DNA from: an uncultured Clostridia bacterium | Lineage (GTDB): Bacteria > Bacillota > Clostridia > TANB77 > CAG-508 | DNA: 64,000 nucleotides | Reading direction: 5' to 3' | NCBI GenBank assembly: GCA_947628775.1 | Contig: CANRBI010000002.1 | Location: 1,033-65,032 of the forward strand | Part shown: positions 37,893 through 48,043 of the stretch, in pieces | Numbering within the stretch: position 1 is the first letter of the stretch | Layout of the letters: every line of letters starts with the position of its first letter | Program-made: the position numbers and the translations under genes | Notes under the pieces: generated by a model | Database searches by the model: none | What the model saw: only the letters and a program-made list of their open reading frames with translations | Told to the model about the DNA's origin: nothing

Positions 37893-37930
37893 GTTGCCTT
37901 TTATCTTAACCAGAAAGGATGGTGTGATAT

Positions 37931-38086
37931 ATGATTACTATAATTAAAAAAGAAATTGGATTAAAATTGAGCAAAGAAAAACAAGAATGGATTAGATTAG
38001 TTGCAGTAAAAAGCGATAAAAATTTTTCCTCCCTAGTCGAAAAATTCAGTTTATGGAACATGTCCAAAACTCTTTATAAAAATTAA
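37931..38086 (+). CDS. small ribbon-helix-helix-like protein, 51 aa (unannotated)
   Basis: AAAGGA RBS. MITIIKKEIGLKLSKEKQEWIRLVAVKSDKNFSSLVEKFSLWNMSKTLYKN fits a beta-strand/helix/helix (Arc/CopG-like) spacing. Below the ORF-track cutoff. Confidence 0.4.
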   Translation: MITIIKKEIGLKLSKEKQEWIRLVAVKSDKNFSSLVEKFSLWNMSKTLYKN

Positions 38087-38252
38087 TAATAATTTTAGAA
38101 ATTTACTTGTTATTTAATCGTATTTATAGTATATTATTAACATAGAAAATAAAAATAATTACAGTAAATACAAATATAATTTTGAATATGATTTTTTAAA
38201 ACTATAATTATAATGACATGTAGTAATTTAAGAAAAGTGAGGAATTATAAAA

Positions 38253-39752
38253 ATGAAGAAGAAAAATATTTTGTATAACATATTAAATTTTATTTTAATA
38301 ATTTTTGCATTATTATATATAATACCAATGTATAAAAGTATAACTTTATTAAAACATGATTTATTTTATGTTTATGAGGGTCTATCTATAATAATAATTT
38401 CTATTATTTTAATTGCATTTTTTTTGATAAATCTTGTTATAGGAATATTAAATATTAAAAGGAAAAATATTGCAATAGGAGTATTAAACATCATTTTGGG
38501 ATGTATAGCTTTAATTAATATTGTACTAACTATAATATATGATGAAACCTATGATGATGAATGGGGATACATTATATTTAGTAACTTAATATGTCAAACA
38601 ATAATATCTATTGTTAACTTAATACTAAATAGGAAAAAAGAAAGCTCTAACTTAAAAAAACATTCTATTATTATATTTTGCATAATATTTTTTGTAGGTG
38701 CTGTCTTGGTTGCTTTTCCAAGAATTTTATTAAAAGAAAACAAAGATAGATTAATTGAAGCATATAACATTTTAAAGAAACAAAATAATCCTCAACTTTT
38801 TATTGATTATGACTATAATTTTTATGATATAACAGGAAATTTAATTGCAAAAAACAATTATAAGGAGATGAGTACAAAAAAGATAGATGATGAAGGTACA
38901 TATATAATTACTGCTATAGATAGCAATAATGAATTATGGATTGTTAATTATACAGGAGAAAAATTAGTAAGATTATATTATATTTTTTCAGACAATAATT
39001 TATTAAGTGATTTAGTGAAAGTTTCTAGTATAGATAAAAAAACATATGATTATTCAGAAACTAAAAATGGAATAAATTATCTGACTGCAAAAAATATTGA
39101 AGATAATTATTTGAAATTTACAAACGAAGATAAAGAAATATCAATAGAAATTGAAATTGATAAAACGCAAATAGCAAATGATACTTCTTTTCTAGAATTA
39201 TTAGAAAACTATTATATGAAAAATTATGATTATCCAGTTAATAATATTAGTGAAATAAAAGGAATAGATTTAGAAACAATTTATAAATATAAAAAGAATT
39301 ATTATTTGACATATAAAAATAATGAAAGAGTAAAATTAGAATGCAATAATTTACTTATTGATTACGATGAAGAATCTGGAAATTACATTTTATTTATGTA
39401 CAACAATTGGAATATTCCATTTTATGATGAGCAAGAAAGTGGATTTTATGATTTAGAAGGAAGAAAATATGATGTAAATAAGCAATATTTAATTTATAAT
39501 ACTTTTGATAAATATTTTATATTATATAATAAATTAAGTGATTGCTATTATATATCAAAATATGATTCAAATGATAGAAAAAAAATAGAGATTTTAATTG
39601 ATTGCACTGAAAATTATGTATATGCTGATAAAAAATTATATTTGATTACCAATGATAAAATTGAGGAAGTAATTGAACGCATACGATATTATATAAATAT
39701 CGGTAATGATAATATTAGTAGTGTATATGATTATTATGTAATTAATGATTGA
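38253..39752 (+). CDS. hypothetical polytopic membrane protein with large C-terminal soluble domain
   Basis: GAGGA RBS, about 5 N-terminal TM helices, 499 aa, Y/N/D-rich C-terminal region, terminator follows. Confidence 0.6.
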   Translation: MKKKNILYNILNFILIIFALLYIIPMYKSITLLKHDLFYVYEGLSIIIISIILIAFFLINLVIGILNIKRKNIAIGVLNIILGCIALINIVLTIIYDETYDDEWGYIIFSNLICQTIISIVNLILNRKKESSNLKKHSIIIFCIIFFVGAVLVAFPRILLKENKDRLIEAYNILKKQNNPQLFIDYDYNFYDITGNLIAKNNYKEMSTKKIDDEGTYIITAIDSNNELWIVNYTGEKLVRLYYIFSDNNLLSDLVKVSSIDKKTYDYSETKNGINYLTAKNIEDNYLKFTNEDKEISIEIEIDKTQIANDTSFLELLENYYMKNYDYPVNNISEIKGIDLETIYKYKKNYYLTYKNNERVKLECNNLLIDYDEESGNYILFMYNNWNIPFYDEQESGFYDLEGRKYDVNKQYLIYNTFDKYFILYNKLSDCYYISKYDSNDRKKIEILIDCTENYVYADKKLYLITNDKIEEVIERIRYYINIGNDNISSVYDYYVIND

Positions 39753-39764
39753 AAAAATAATATA

Positions 39765-39792
39765 AAAAGCCATTCACGCGAATGGCTTTTTG
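39765..39792 (+). terminator. rho-independent terminator
   Basis: aaaagccattc / gaatggctttt stem around an acgc loop. Confidence 0.8.
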
Positions 39793-39857
39793 GTTAGTAA
39801 ACATAAGAAAGATAAAAACATAGAATAAATAAAGAGAATATTTTAGGAGGCAAAAAC

Positions 39858-40352
39858 ATGAAAAATAAAAAATTTATCATTATATTATCTTTATTTATTA
39901 TAATCTTAACAATGACAATAGGATATTCTACATTTGTTACTAAACTAGAATTAAATGAAACAACAGAAATTACAGGCTCATGGAACATAAAAATAACAAG
40001 TGTAGAAATGCAAGAAAGGACTTTAGGATGTGATCCAGGAAAACCAGAATTCACAGATACAACAGCAACAATTATGCCCAAACTAAATAAACCAGGCGAT
40101 CTAGTTGTTTATGAAATAACGATTGAAAATATGGGTACAATAGATGCAATATTAAATAAAGTAGAATTTACTTCAGACGATGAAAGTCCAACATCACCAA
40201 TTCGATATATAACAGATGAGCCTGATGAAATATTATTATCAGGAGAAGAAACAACAATTATGATAGCAGTTGTATATAATTCAAGTATTACAGAAGTACC
40301 TTCTACCAAAACTAAAGAGATAACTGGTAAAATAGAATATATACAAAAATAA
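39858..40352 (+). CDS. hypothetical signal-anchored/secreted protein
   Basis: AGGAGG RBS, N-terminal hydrophobic segment FIIILSLFIIILTMTIGYSTF, beta-rich remainder. Confidence 0.6.
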   Translation: MKNKKFIIILSLFIIILTMTIGYSTFVTKLELNETTEITGSWNIKITSVEMQERTLGCDPGKPEFTDTTATIMPKLNKPGDLVVYEITIENMGTIDAILNKVEFTSDDESPTSPIRYITDEPDEILLSGEETTIMIAVVYNSSITEVPSTKTKEITGKIEYIQK

Positions 40353-40414
40353 AAAGATTCCATTCTCCAATTAAATAAATATTAAGATAAATTTTGAAAA
40401 AATTATCAAAATAG

Positions 40415-40443
40415 TTGATATTTTTTCAATTTTAATATACAAT
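40415..40443 (+). promoter_or_regulatory. candidate sigma-A promoter (TTGATA-17 nt-TACAAT)
   Basis: TTGATA at 40415-40420 and TACAAT at 40438-40443, upstream of the SecD-like gene. Confidence 0.45.
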
Positions 40444-40535
40444 CTATAATGGTTACTAAGACAAAAAAATAAGTATCTTATGGTATCCAAAAAATTATGA
40501 TATTTTAAAGAAGAATATAAGGAAGGAAGAGGAGA

Positions 40536-42008
40536 ATGGAAGAAAAGCAAAAAACAAAAAGAAATGGTAAAGGCTTAAAAATATTAACTATCATATTAGT
40601 TGTTGTATTAATAACTATGATAGGATTTTTTGGTATTTACACTCAAAAACAAAATCGTATGGAAGATGTAGTGAAAGGTTATTCATTAGCAATGGACTTA
40701 GGTGGTTCAAGGATAGTATCTATTAAACCAGAAGAAGTAACCAAAACTACTATTAAAGACAGCGAAGGAAATGTTATTGAAGAAGAACTAACAGATGAAG
40801 AAATAAATGAAAAAGGATATACAAAAGAAGAAAAAGATGAAAATGCAGAAAAAGTAACTAAAGAAAATATAGAAAAAACAAAACAATATATTTTAAAAAG
40901 ATTAAAAAGGATTGGAGTTCAAAATTATATAATTAAAACTGATGATCAAACAGGTGAAATTACATTAGAACTTGAAGAAAATGATGATACAGATGAAATA
41001 GTTAGTAATGTTGGAACAACAGGGAAATTTGAAATCGTAGATAGTGAATCACAAGAAGTTTTAATGACAAATGATGATATAAAAAGTGTTGATGTAATGT
41101 ATAGTACTTTAACAAATGGTACAAGTGTATATATGGTAATCAACTTTAATAATGATGGTAAACAAAAATTTCAAGATGTAACAGAAAAATATAAAACAGT
41201 AGAAAATAAAACAGATGAAAATACAACTACTGAAGAAGGGACAGAAAATGAAACAGCAGAAAATGAAACAACTGATAATGAATTATCAGATGATACAAAA
41301 GAAGAACAAAAACAAATAGCTCTTAAAATAGATGGTCAAGATATGATGACAACATCTTTTGATGAAGTTATTACAACAGGTAAGCTTTCATTATCAATAG
41401 GACAACCTTCAACAAAAAGTGAAGTAGTAAATAGCAATGCAAAAAGAGTACAAAGAATGGCTGCAATGCTTGAAGATGGACCATTACCAATAGATTATGA
41501 AGTTAATGGAAATGAATATGTATTATCAGATATAGAAACAAGTGATATGCAAAAAATAATTTTAGGATTTATTATAGTTAGTGCTATATTATTACTAATC
41601 CTAATATTTAAATATAAATTAAATGGATTACTAAGTTCAATATCATTTATAGGTGGAGCAGCATTACTTTTAATATTATTGCGTTATACAAATGTTATAC
41701 TTTCTATAGAAGGATTATTCGGAATTGCAATAGTTTTATTTATAAATTATTTACTAATTACAAGCATATTAAAAAATATTAAAGAAAAAGAAAATGAACA
41801 AACAGTTTTAAAAATTATTAAAAAGACATATGGAAGTTTCTTCCTTAAAGTGTTACCAATCTACATTATGGCAGTAGTATTCTGCTTTATTGATTGGTTA
41901 CCAATAGCAAACTTTGGAATGGTAATATTCTGGGGATTATTATTAATGGCATTATATAATTTTATAATAACTGTTCCAATGTTGAAACTAAGAGAGGAGG
42001 ATAAATAA
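40536..42008 (+). CDS. SecD-like protein-export membrane protein (divergent)
   Basis: N-terminal TM and the SecD-like entry motif GYSLAMDLGGSRIV. A P1-head-like region follows (GKFEIVD..., ALKIDGQDMMTTSFDEVITTGKLSLSIG, LEDGPLPIDYEV), then a C-terminal TM bundle. Confidence 0.5.
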   Translation: MEEKQKTKRNGKGLKILTIILVVVLITMIGFFGIYTQKQNRMEDVVKGYSLAMDLGGSRIVSIKPEEVTKTTIKDSEGNVIEEELTDEEINEKGYTKEEKDENAEKVTKENIEKTKQYILKRLKRIGVQNYIIKTDDQTGEITLELEENDDTDEIVSNVGTTGKFEIVDSESQEVLMTNDDIKSVDVMYSTLTNGTSVYMVINFNNDGKQKFQDVTEKYKTVENKTDENTTTEEGTENETAENETTDNELSDDTKEEQKQIALKIDGQDMMTTSFDEVITTGKLSLSIGQPSTKSEVVNSNAKRVQRMAAMLEDGPLPIDYEVNGNEYVLSDIETSDMQKIILGFIIVSAILLLILIFKYKLNGLLSSISFIGGAALLLILLRYTNVILSIEGLFGIAIVLFINYLLITSILKNIKEKENEQTVLKIIKKTYGSFFLKVLPIYIMAVVFCFIDWLPIANFGMVIFWGLLLMALYNFIITVPMLKLREEDK

Positions 42009-42658
42009 TGGACAAATCAAAAAATAAAGTCATAATACTAATATCAATTGTAGTTATTATTGCAGGTATTGTTATGGCAGTTGTAAAAGGATTTAATTTT
42101 GATTTAAAATATCAAGATACAAAAAGAATAGAATTAAATATAGGAAAACAATTTGAAAGAAATGACATAAAAGCAATAGCAAAAGAAACATTAGGAGACC
42201 AACCAGTTGTTATTCAAAAAATAGAAATATATGAAGATGCAGTCAGTGTTTTAGCAAAAGATATTAGTGAAGAACAAAGAACAAATTTTGTAACAAAAGT
42301 AAATGAAAAATATGGATTAGAGCTTAATGCAGAACAAACAGAAATAATTACAGTACCACATACACATTTAAGAGATTTAATAAATCCATATATTATACCA
42401 TTTATTATAGCAACAGTTATAATACTTGTATATATAGCAGCTCGTTACCATAAGTTAAAAATTTTAAAAACAATTGCAAAAACAGCATTTATAGTAATAT
42501 TTGCACAATTATTATTATTTAGTATAATATCTATAACAAGAATACCAGTAGGAAGACTTACAATACCAATGGTATTAACTGTATACATGCTATCACTTGT
42601 ATATTGTACAAATAAATATGAAAAAGAATTAAAAGAACACATAGATATAAATACATAA
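42008..42658 (+). CDS. SecF-like membrane protein (short, divergent)
   Basis: Start overlaps the SecD-like stop (TAATG). N-terminal TM, then KGFNFDLKYQDTKRIEL (compare SecF GIDFTGG), a small periplasmic domain and about 3-4 TM helices. It is 216 aa, whereas typical SecF is about 300. Confidence 0.4.
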   Translation: MDKSKNKVIILISIVVIIAGIVMAVVKGFNFDLKYQDTKRIELNIGKQFERNDIKAIAKETLGDQPVVIQKIEIYEDAVSVLAKDISEEQRTNFVTKVNEKYGLELNAEQTEIITVPHTHLRDLINPYIIPFIIATVIILVYIAARYHKLKILKTIAKTAFIVIFAQLLLFSIISITRIPVGRLTIPMVLTVYMLSLVYCTNKYEKELKEHIDINT

Positions 42659-42686
42659 AAGGATAAAGTAATTGGGGGATATACAA

Positions 42687-45194
42687 ATGGGGAATATTGT
42701 ATTATTAGATGATTTAACAATAAATAAAATAGCTGCAGGAGAAGTAATAGAAAGACCAGCATCAGTCATAAAAGAAATGGTAGAAAATTCAATAGATGCT
42801 GGTGCAACAAATATTACTGTAGAAATAAAAAATGGTGGTATTTCATATATAAAAATATCAGATAATGGAAAAGGAATAGCACAAGATGATTTAGAAATAG
42901 CATTTGAAAGACATGCTACTAGTAAAATTCGTACAGCAGAAGATTTAGATACAGTTAGATCTATGGGGTTCCGTGGAGAAGCTTTAGCAAGTATAGCAGC
43001 AATTTCAAATGTAGAAATGATTTCAAAAACAGAAGAACAAGAAAGTGGCTACAGAATTGTAGTTGAAGCAGGAAAAGTATTAGAAAAAGAAGTTGCAGCA
43101 TCTCCTGTTGGAACAACAATTATTGTGAAAAATTTATTTTTTAATACTCCTGTAAGATATAAATTCCTAAAAAAAGATTATACTGAATCAGGATATATTG
43201 AAGATGTTATAACTAGAATAGCACTAGTAAATCCTAGTATTTCTTTTAAATTTATAAACATGGGAAAAACAATAATACAAACAAATGGAAGTGGAAGTTT
43301 AAAAGAAGTTATATATAGTATATATGGAAAAAATGTAGCAGAAGCTGTTATGCCTGTTTCATATATGTATGAAGGAATTACAATAGAAGGAATGGTTGGA
43401 AAAGCAGAAATTGCACGTTCAAATAGGTCAAACCAATTATTTTTTGTTAATAAAAGATATATAAAAGATAAAACATTAACAGCAGCTACAGAACAAGCAT
43501 ATAAAGGAATGATACCATTAGGAAAATTTGGATTTGTAGTATTAAATATTACAATGGATCCAGCAAAAGTAGATGTAAATGTACACCCAGCAAAATTGGA
43601 AGTTAGATTTCAAGAAGAAAGTAAAATATTCCAATCAGTATATCATGCAATAAAAGATACTTTATTAAAAAATAATGGAGATAAAGGTTTATTTAGTCTT
43701 CGCAAATCAGATAACCAAGAAATTGAAAAATATACTGATTTAGAAAGTAAAATAAAGACTAATATGCAGGAGATAGATAAAATGAAAAATTCTGATGAAG
43801 AAGTTAATACATCTGGTCTAGTAGATACAAGTGATATATTAAGACAACTTGAAAAAATAAAAGAAGATATGCATAATAAAATGGAACAAGAATTATCTAC
43901 TCCTGATATGATAAAAAATAATCAAAAAGATTTATTTGACTTGCAAAAACCAAATACTAATATTCAGCCAGAAGAAAAAGATTTATATCAAGAATTTGAT
44001 AAAGAAGAGATAAAAGGAAACTCAATTATTGAAAGATTAATAGAACTTAAAGACGTAACAAATAAGTTAGAAGATACTCAAGAATCAAACGAATTAGAGC
44101 CAAATGATACTATACCTGTAGCAATTCCTCAAGAAAATTCAGAAGAAAAAAAGGAGACTCAAATAATTGATGAGAAAAAACCTGAAGAAGAAATAAATAA
44201 TGAGAATAAAATAGAAGAAGATACAAAAAATGAAATTAATAATGAAAATGAATCAAACATAGAAGAACAAAAACAAGAAGAAACTACATTAGAACCAAAA
44301 AATAATGAAGAAATTATAGAGCAAAAAGAAACTCAAAATATAGAAGAACAAGATAATACACAAACTGAAGAAAAAAACGAAGAAAATAACAATGATGACA
44401 GTCAAAAACAAAAGGAAAATCAAGATATAACCATAGAAAATAATGAAGAACCTAAATATGAAAAAACAATGAATTTTGACGAAATGTATCAAAAATTATT
44501 TGGAAAAGCACCAAGTAAAAGTAAAGTAAATAATAGAAAAGAACAAGAAGATGTCATACCAATGAATGTTGTTGAAGATAATATGTCAGTATTTGACCAA
44601 ATTGATGAATATCAAAAAGAACCATATAAATTTATTGGGATTATATTTAACACATATATAATAATAGAAATAAACAATGAAATGTATATAATAGATCAAC
44701 ATGCAGCACATGAAAGAATAATGTATGAAAAAGTAAAAGCAAATTATTATAGTGATGACACAAAAGATTCTCAAATGTTATTATTACCAGATGTAATTAT
44801 ATTAACACATAAAGAAATGGCAATAGCTAGAGAAAACATGGAAATGTTTGCAAAAGCAGGATTTAGCTTAGAAGAATTTGGAGATAACACAATAAAATTG
44901 ACAGGTGTTCCAGATATATGTCTTGACTTAAATACTAAAGATTTATTTTTAGAAACTTTAGATGAAATTAATACAGTAGCAAGAACTGCAAAACAAGAAA
45001 AAGAAGAAAAATTCATATCAACAGTTGCATGCAAAGCAGCAGTAAAAGCAAATATGTCATTAACAGAAGAAGAGGTAAAAAGTTTAATAGATAAATTATT
45101 AGACTTACCAAATCCATTTAGTTGTCCTCATGGTAGACCAACAGCAATAAAAATGACAAAATATGATATTGAAAGGAAGTTCTCAAGAAAGTAG
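42687..45194 (+). CDS. mutL: DNA mismatch repair endonuclease MutL (with very long low-complexity linker)
   Basis: GHKL ATPase N-terminus (IAAGEVIERPASVIKEMVENSIDAG, GFRGEAL), C-terminal endonuclease motif DQHAAHERI and CPHGRP. ATG 42687 follows GGGGGA. Confidence 0.95.
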   Translation: MGNIVLLDDLTINKIAAGEVIERPASVIKEMVENSIDAGATNITVEIKNGGISYIKISDNGKGIAQDDLEIAFERHATSKIRTAEDLDTVRSMGFRGEALASIAAISNVEMISKTEEQESGYRIVVEAGKVLEKEVAASPVGTTIIVKNLFFNTPVRYKFLKKDYTESGYIEDVITRIALVNPSISFKFINMGKTIIQTNGSGSLKEVIYSIYGKNVAEAVMPVSYMYEGITIEGMVGKAEIARSNRSNQLFFVNKRYIKDKTLTAATEQAYKGMIPLGKFGFVVLNITMDPAKVDVNVHPAKLEVRFQEESKIFQSVYHAIKDTLLKNNGDKGLFSLRKSDNQEIEKYTDLESKIKTNMQEIDKMKNSDEEVNTSGLVDTSDILRQLEKIKEDMHNKMEQELSTPDMIKNNQKDLFDLQKPNTNIQPEEKDLYQEFDKEEIKGNSIIERLIELKDVTNKLEDTQESNELEPNDTIPVAIPQENSEEKKETQIIDEKKPEEEINNENKIEEDTKNEINNENESNIEEQKQEETTLEPKNNEEIIEQKETQNIEEQDNTQTEEKNEENNNDDSQKQKENQDITIENNEEPKYEKTMNFDEMYQKLFGKAPSKSKVNNRKEQEDVIPMNVVEDNMSVFDQIDEYQKEPYKFIGIIFNTYIIIEINNEMYIIDQHAAHERIMYEKVKANYYSDDTKDSQMLLLPDVIILTHKEMAIARENMEMFAKAGFSLEEFGDNTIKLTGVPDICLDLNTKDLFLETLDEINTVARTAKQEKEEKFISTVACKAAVKANMSLTEEEVKSLIDKLLDLPNPFSCPHGRPTAIKMTKYDIERKFSRK

Positions 45195-45212
45195 AAAGGT
45201 AGGAATAAAAAT

Positions 45213-45641
45213 ATGCCAGTTATTATAATAATAATTCTAATAATGTATGTTATTTTAATATCATGGTGTTTTAATGATCTAGGAACAATAGATGTACCAA
45301 AAAAAATATTATATATAGGCATATTTTTATTAATTTTATATATTGCTACAAGTATAACTTTTATAATCTCAAATAAAGGAATATCTTATCCAAACCAAAA
45401 TATGCTAGGAATTGTAAAACAGACGTTAGTTTTCATATTCACAGGTATTAATGGGATTTTTGTTATGCCATTTTTATGTATTGGTATAGATAAATTAGAT
45501 CAAGGAACTATTTCACAAGAACAATTTATAAAAAAAATATTAATATTAGCTGTAATTATTTTAATTTTATTAATACTAGAATGCGGATATATGTCTAATA
45601 TACAAAAAGGAATTATAGAAATCATAAATAATAAAATATAG
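45213..45641 (+). CDS. hypothetical membrane protein (4 TM)
   Basis: AGGTAGGA RBS, 142 aa, four hydrophobic helices. Confidence 0.6.
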   Translation: MPVIIIIILIMYVILISWCFNDLGTIDVPKKILYIGIFLLILYIATSITFIISNKGISYPNQNMLGIVKQTLVFIFTGINGIFVMPFLCIGIDKLDQGTISQEQFIKKILILAVIILILLILECGYMSNIQKGIIEIINNKI

Positions 45642-45687
45642 CTTATGAGAGGAGGAAAAGTATTAGTTATTCTAATACAATAAATAC

Positions 45688-46620
45688 ATGCAAAAACAAG
45701 ATGTTATTGTAATATGTGGTCCAACAGCTTCAGGAAAAACAAATCTATCAATCGAACTTGCAAAACAAATAAATGGAGAAATAATATCATGTGACTCAAT
45801 GCAAATATATAAAGATATGAATATAGGAACAGCAACTCCTAATCAAGCAGAAATGCAAAATATAAAACATTATCTACTAAATATTATATCTCCTAATGAA
45901 AGATATAGTGTAGCAGATTATAAAAAAGATGCAAAACAAGCAATATATGAAATAATTCAAAAAGGTAAAATACCAATTATAGTTGGAGGAACAGGCTTAT
46001 ATATAGATAGCTTAATATATGAAATAGAATATCCAGAAATTACATTTGATGAGCAATATAGAGAAAAATTAGAACAGCAAGTAGAAAAAGAAGGACTAGA
46101 AAAATTATACAAACAGGCAGAAAAAGTTGACCCAATAGCAATGAAAAAAATAAGCAAATCAGATAAAAAAAGAATACTAAGGATATTAGAAATATATCAT
46201 AATACAGGAAAGACAAAAACAAAGCTAGAAGAAATGTCTAGAAAAAAAGAACCAGAATTCAATTATCATGTATATGCTCTACAATGGGAAAGAGAAATAT
46301 TATATGACAGAATTAATAAAAGAGTAGATATAATGATAGAACAAGGTTTAGTAGAAGAAGTAAAAAATATTTTAAATAAATATAAAGAATTTCCTACAGC
46401 AATGCAAGGATTAGGATATAAAGAAGTAGTAGAATATTTACAAGGAAATTTAACAAAAGAACAAATGATAGAAAAAATAAAGCAAGAAACTCGTAGATAC
46501 GCAAAAAGACAAATGACATGGTTTCGTAAAAACAAACAAACGATATGGTTAGATGCACAAAAAGATATACAAAATAATATTAACATTATTTTGGAGGGAA
46601 TAAATGAAAAAGGAAAATAA
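45688..46620 (+). CDS. miaA: tRNA dimethylallyltransferase
   Basis: P-loop GPTASGKT and CDSMQIYKDMNIGTA. Confidence 0.95.
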   Translation: MQKQDVIVICGPTASGKTNLSIELAKQINGEIISCDSMQIYKDMNIGTATPNQAEMQNIKHYLLNIISPNERYSVADYKKDAKQAIYEIIQKGKIPIIVGGTGLYIDSLIYEIEYPEITFDEQYREKLEQQVEKEGLEKLYKQAEKVDPIAMKKISKSDKKRILRILEIYHNTGKTKTKLEEMSRKKEPEFNYHVYALQWEREILYDRINKRVDIMIEQGLVEEVKNILNKYKEFPTAMQGLGYKEVVEYLQGNLTKEQMIEKIKQETRRYAKRQMTWFRKNKQTIWLDAQKDIQNNINIILEGINEKGK

Positions 46621-47893
46621 AGAACTAAATAATGAAGAAGCATCACTTGTCGAAAAAAATTATAAAAAAAGAAAATCAAAATCAACAAAAATCATTATTT
46701 CAGTTTTGCTTAGTATTATTTTAATATATTTTCTATATGTTATTTATCTTCTGATAAAACAACCTACAGATGTATTTACAATAGATGAAGGAAAACTGTA
46801 TCTTGAAGAAACAGATATAGGCTATGTTATCAGAGATGAAGTAGTAGTCAAAGGTGACAATTACAAAAATGGAATGGAACAGATAAAAAATGAAGGAGAA
46901 AAAGCTGGAAATCAAGAAATAATATTCAGGTATTTTAGTAAAAATGAAGAAGAATTAAAAAAACAAATACAAGACTTAGATGTAAAAATACAAGAAACAA
47001 TGAAAGGACAAACAGATTTATATTATTCTGATGTAAAATTATTAGAAGACCAATTAGATGAACAATTAGAGCAAATAAATACAATAACAGATATATCAAA
47101 ACTAACAGAATATGAAAAACAAATAAATACATTAATAACCAAAAAAGCTAAAATAGTTGGAGATAAGAGTGCATCTGGCTCATACCTAAAAGAATTAAAC
47201 AATCAAAGAGTACAATTAGAAAAACAATTAAATGATGGTGCTGAAACCATAAGAGCACCTAGAAGTGGTATAGTTTCATATAAAGTAGATGGATTAGAAG
47301 AAACATTAACGCCAAATAGTTTTTCAGCATTAAACAAAGACTATCTACAAAATTTAGATTTAAAAACAGGAAAATTAATTGCTACAAGTGATGAATGTGG
47401 AAAAATAATAAATAATTTTGAAGCATATATTGCAACAGTATCAAATACTAAACAAGCAAAAGAAGCACAAATTGGAAATACTGTAAAATTGCGTCTATCA
47501 AATCAAGTAGAAATAGATGCAGAAATAGTATATACAGCACCACAAGATGAAGAAGATACTTTACTTGTACTAAAAATAGATAAAGAAATAGAAGAATTAT
47601 CAAACTATAGAAAAATATCTTTTGATCTAATATGGTGGAACTATAGTGGACTAAAAGTTCCTAATCAATCTATATTAGAAAAAGATGGATTACACTATGT
47701 TATAAGAAATAGAGCAGGATATAGAAGTGAAATTTTAGTAAATGTAAAAAAACAAAATGACAAATATTCAATTATAACAAATTATACAACAGATGAATTA
47801 AAAGAACTAGGATTTACAAGTGAACAAATAACAGAAATGAAGAATATAAGTATATATGATGAAATATTGTTAGATCCTAACTCGAATAAGTAA
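46604..47893 (+). CDS. HlyD-like / membrane-fusion-like protein (N-terminal TM, coiled coil, beta-barrel)
   Basis: GGAGGG RBS, overlaps the miaA end. TM, long coiled-coil segment, then RAPRSGIVSY and a beta-rich C-terminus. Confidence 0.5.
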   Translation: MKKENKELNNEEASLVEKNYKKRKSKSTKIIISVLLSIILIYFLYVIYLLIKQPTDVFTIDEGKLYLEETDIGYVIRDEVVVKGDNYKNGMEQIKNEGEKAGNQEIIFRYFSKNEEELKKQIQDLDVKIQETMKGQTDLYYSDVKLLEDQLDEQLEQINTITDISKLTEYEKQINTLITKKAKIVGDKSASGSYLKELNNQRVQLEKQLNDGAETIRAPRSGIVSYKVDGLEETLTPNSFSALNKDYLQNLDLKTGKLIATSDECGKIINNFEAYIATVSNTKQAKEAQIGNTVKLRLSNQVEIDAEIVYTAPQDEEDTLLVLKIDKEIEELSNYRKISFDLIWWNYSGLKVPNQSILEKDGLHYVIRNRAGYRSEILVNVKKQNDKYSIITNYTTDELKELGFTSEQITEMKNISIYDEILLDPNSNK

Positions 47894-48043
47894 CTTAAAA
47901 GTAAGTCCACAAATATTACAAATATATTACAAAAATATTAAAAAAAGATTACATTTCAAAAAACACTTGACAATATTGTAAAAAAAGTGGATACTTATAT
48001 CAAATAAAATAATACAAAGGAAATTAATTTAGGAGGTTTTTTT

